Origin: Polyangiaceae bacterium
GTDB lineage: Bacteria > Myxococcota_A > Polyangia > Polyangiales > Polyangiaceae
Reading direction: 5' to 3'
Length of the DNA stretch: 64,000 nt
Assembly (NCBI GenBank): GCA_035063585.1
Contig: JAPSGB010000003.1
Coordinates: 96,001-160,000, forward strand
Shown: piece by piece, positions 62,651 to 64,000 of the stretch
How positions within the stretch are numbered: the first letter of the stretch is position 1
Layout of the letters: each line of letters opens with the position of its first letter
Position numbers and translations under genes: made by a program
The notes under the pieces: model-generated
Database searches by the model: none
What the model saw: only the letters and a program-made list of their open reading frames with translations
What the model was told of the DNA's origin: nothing

Positions 62651-64000
62651 TCACTCGCAGCGGCGGAACGGCTGGCCTCCGACCGCGGGCCCTCCCCCCG
62701 CCACGCACGTCGAGCCGCTCGGACAGAGGCCGTCCTCGGTGCAGTCGCGCGAGCACTTGCCGCTCGAGAGACAGTAGCCGAACGCGCACTCGGCGGCGGC
62801 GCTGCACGGCGCGCCGACCTCACCGCCGCCGAGCGCCGGCAGGCAGAGGCCGATGCGCCCGCCGCCCGCCGATCCCACGCTCACGCAGGCCGCGCCGAAC
62901 GGGCAGCCGCCGGCGTATCGGCACGAGTCGACGCACGAGTCGCCCGGGGCCCCGCCGGTCGTCACCGGCGACGAGCAGCTCACGCTGGGCGGGCCCGGGA
63001 TCGTGAACGCGTCGAAATCGACGTGGAGCGCGTCACCGCAGACGTTCACCACCTCGCCGCCCTGATTGCAGGCGTATTGCGCCGGCGTGGAGCCGCCGGG
63101 GAGGGAACCGAACACGTCACTCGGTCGCCGGCACACGCCGTCGCAGGTCCACGCCGGGAGCCCCGCCGCCCGCTGGGGACAGTCGGCTGCCGTCGAGCAG
63201 GCGAGCGTGCAGCCGCCGATCACCAAGCGGGGGGAGAGATCACACGCGCTCGGCGCGATGCACGCGGTCGTGTCGCCCGTGTCGCAGTAGGCCGACGCGC
63301 GCACACACGCGCGCACGCTCGGCGAGCCGACCGGCTGACACCCGAAGCCGTTCGGGCAGTCGGCGCCGGTCGCGCAGGGGCTCGTGCAGTACTTCTGGCT
63401 CGTGAGGCAGGCGTACTGACAGTCGTTCGCGCCCGCGCAGGCTCGCCCGATGTCGCTCGACATGCAGTAGCGCTCGCCGCCGGCCTCCTCGCAGCGCAGG
63501 CCCGATGGGCAGCCCGCGGTCGCGCCAACCGCCGAGCACGCCGGCAGACAGCGCTCCGGCAGTTCCTTGCCGTAAGCGCGGCAGAGCAGACCCGGGGAGC
63601 AGTCCCCGTCGCTCGCGCAGCGATCGAGGGTCAGCCCGGTCCCGCTCGCGCCGCCGGTTCCGCTCGCGCCGCCGGTTCCGCTCGCGCCGCCGGTTCCGCT
63701 CGCGCCGCCGGTTCCGCTCGCGCCGCCGGTCCCGCTCGCGCCGCCGGTCCCGCTCGCGCCGCCGGTTCCGCTCGCGCCGCCGGTTCCGCTCGCGCCGCCG
63801 GTTCCGCTCGCGCCGCCGGTTCCGCTCGCGCCGCCGGTCCCGCTCGCGCCGCCGGTCCCGCCGTCGGTTCCGCTCGCGCCGCCGGTCCCCGTGCTCGGAT
63901 CGCAGCGCCCGAGGCCGACGTTGCAGGTGTAGCCGTAGGCGCAGTCGAGATCGAGCTTACAGTCCGTCCGACAGGTGCCCGCCGCGCAGTACGCGCCCGC
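62651..64000 (-). CDS. Cys-rich secreted protein with GTGGAS linker (5' end runs off the window)
   Basis: Frame is open from 64000 (AGAYCAAGTCRTDCKLDLDCAYGYTC...) to the stop at 62651; many CxxxxDC / CxxxC units. Confidence 0.8.
   Translation of the reverse strand, partial: AGAYCAAGTCRTDCKLDLDCAYGYTCNVGLGRCDPSTGTGGASGTDGGTGGASGTGGASGTGGASGTGGASGTGGASGTGGASGTGGASGTGGASGTGGASGTGGASGTGGASGTGGASGTGLTLDRCASDGDCSPGLLCRAYGKELPERCLPACSAVGATAGCPSGLRCEEAGGERYCMSSDIGRACAGANDCQYACLTSQKYCTSPCATGADCPNGFGCQPVGSPSVRACVRASAYCDTGDTTACIAPSACDLSPRLVIGGCTLACSTAADCPQRAAGLPAWTCDGVCRRPSDVFGSLPGGSTPAQYACNQGGEVVNVCGDALHVDFDAFTIPGPPSVSCSSPVTTGGAPGDSCVDSCRYAGGCPFGAACVSVGSAGGGRIGLCLPALGGGEVGAPCSAAAECAFGYCLSSGKCSRDCTEDGLCPSGSTCVAGGGPAVGGQPFRRCE
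63642..63887. repeat. Coding tandem repeat, 18 bp x13 (CCGCTCGCGCCGCCGGT(T/C)), encodes TGGASG
   Basis: 12 contiguous copies at 63642-63857 plus one more after a 12-bp interruption. Confidence 0.9.

Noticed and set aside
63642..63887. Tandem repeat arrays (also 7951-8025, 14663-14758, 20975-21100) as possible CRISPR
   Set aside because: No unique spacers, unit lengths are multiples of 3 and in frame within CDS linkers, and no cas genes are present.

Overview
Very GC-rich chromosomal segment from a myxobacterium (Myxococcota, probably Polyangiales/Sorangiineae). The assignment rests on a MYXO-CTERM-type sorting tail, DUF4215-type Cys repeats, a TIGR02266 PilZ-like protein and several Hanks-type kinases. 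The window is mostly core genome: icd (partial), tRNA-Arg(CCG), a deoxyhypusine-synthase-family gene, gloB, pyrG, dacB, an alternative complex III operon (actA-B-C-DE-F plus an ActG-like gene), a group-2 sigma-70 factor, rpmI-rplT-pheS and carB. Accessory content includes a TPAT-type TRAP transporter (T-P-Q-M), a MATE pump, a three-domain DsbA, three Ser/Thr kinases and several Cys-rich surface proteins. No mobile element, prophage or CRISPR array was seen. Best leads: (1) a small secreted Cys-containing leader ORF ending in ...FRPPR, followed by a long hairpin, directly upstream of the triple-DsbA gene (candidate arrest-peptide/attenuator sensing envelope folding); (2) a divergent DUF59/TIM-barrel versus membrane protein/hemerythrin module centred on a perfect 11-5-11 palindrome; (3) the TPAT cluster flanked by a HEAT lipoprotein and a DAG-kinase-like gene; (4) two clean sigma-54 promoter matches, one before a tiny ORF or sRNA and one before the sigma-70 gene. 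All product calls come from motif recognition by eye; no database searches were run.
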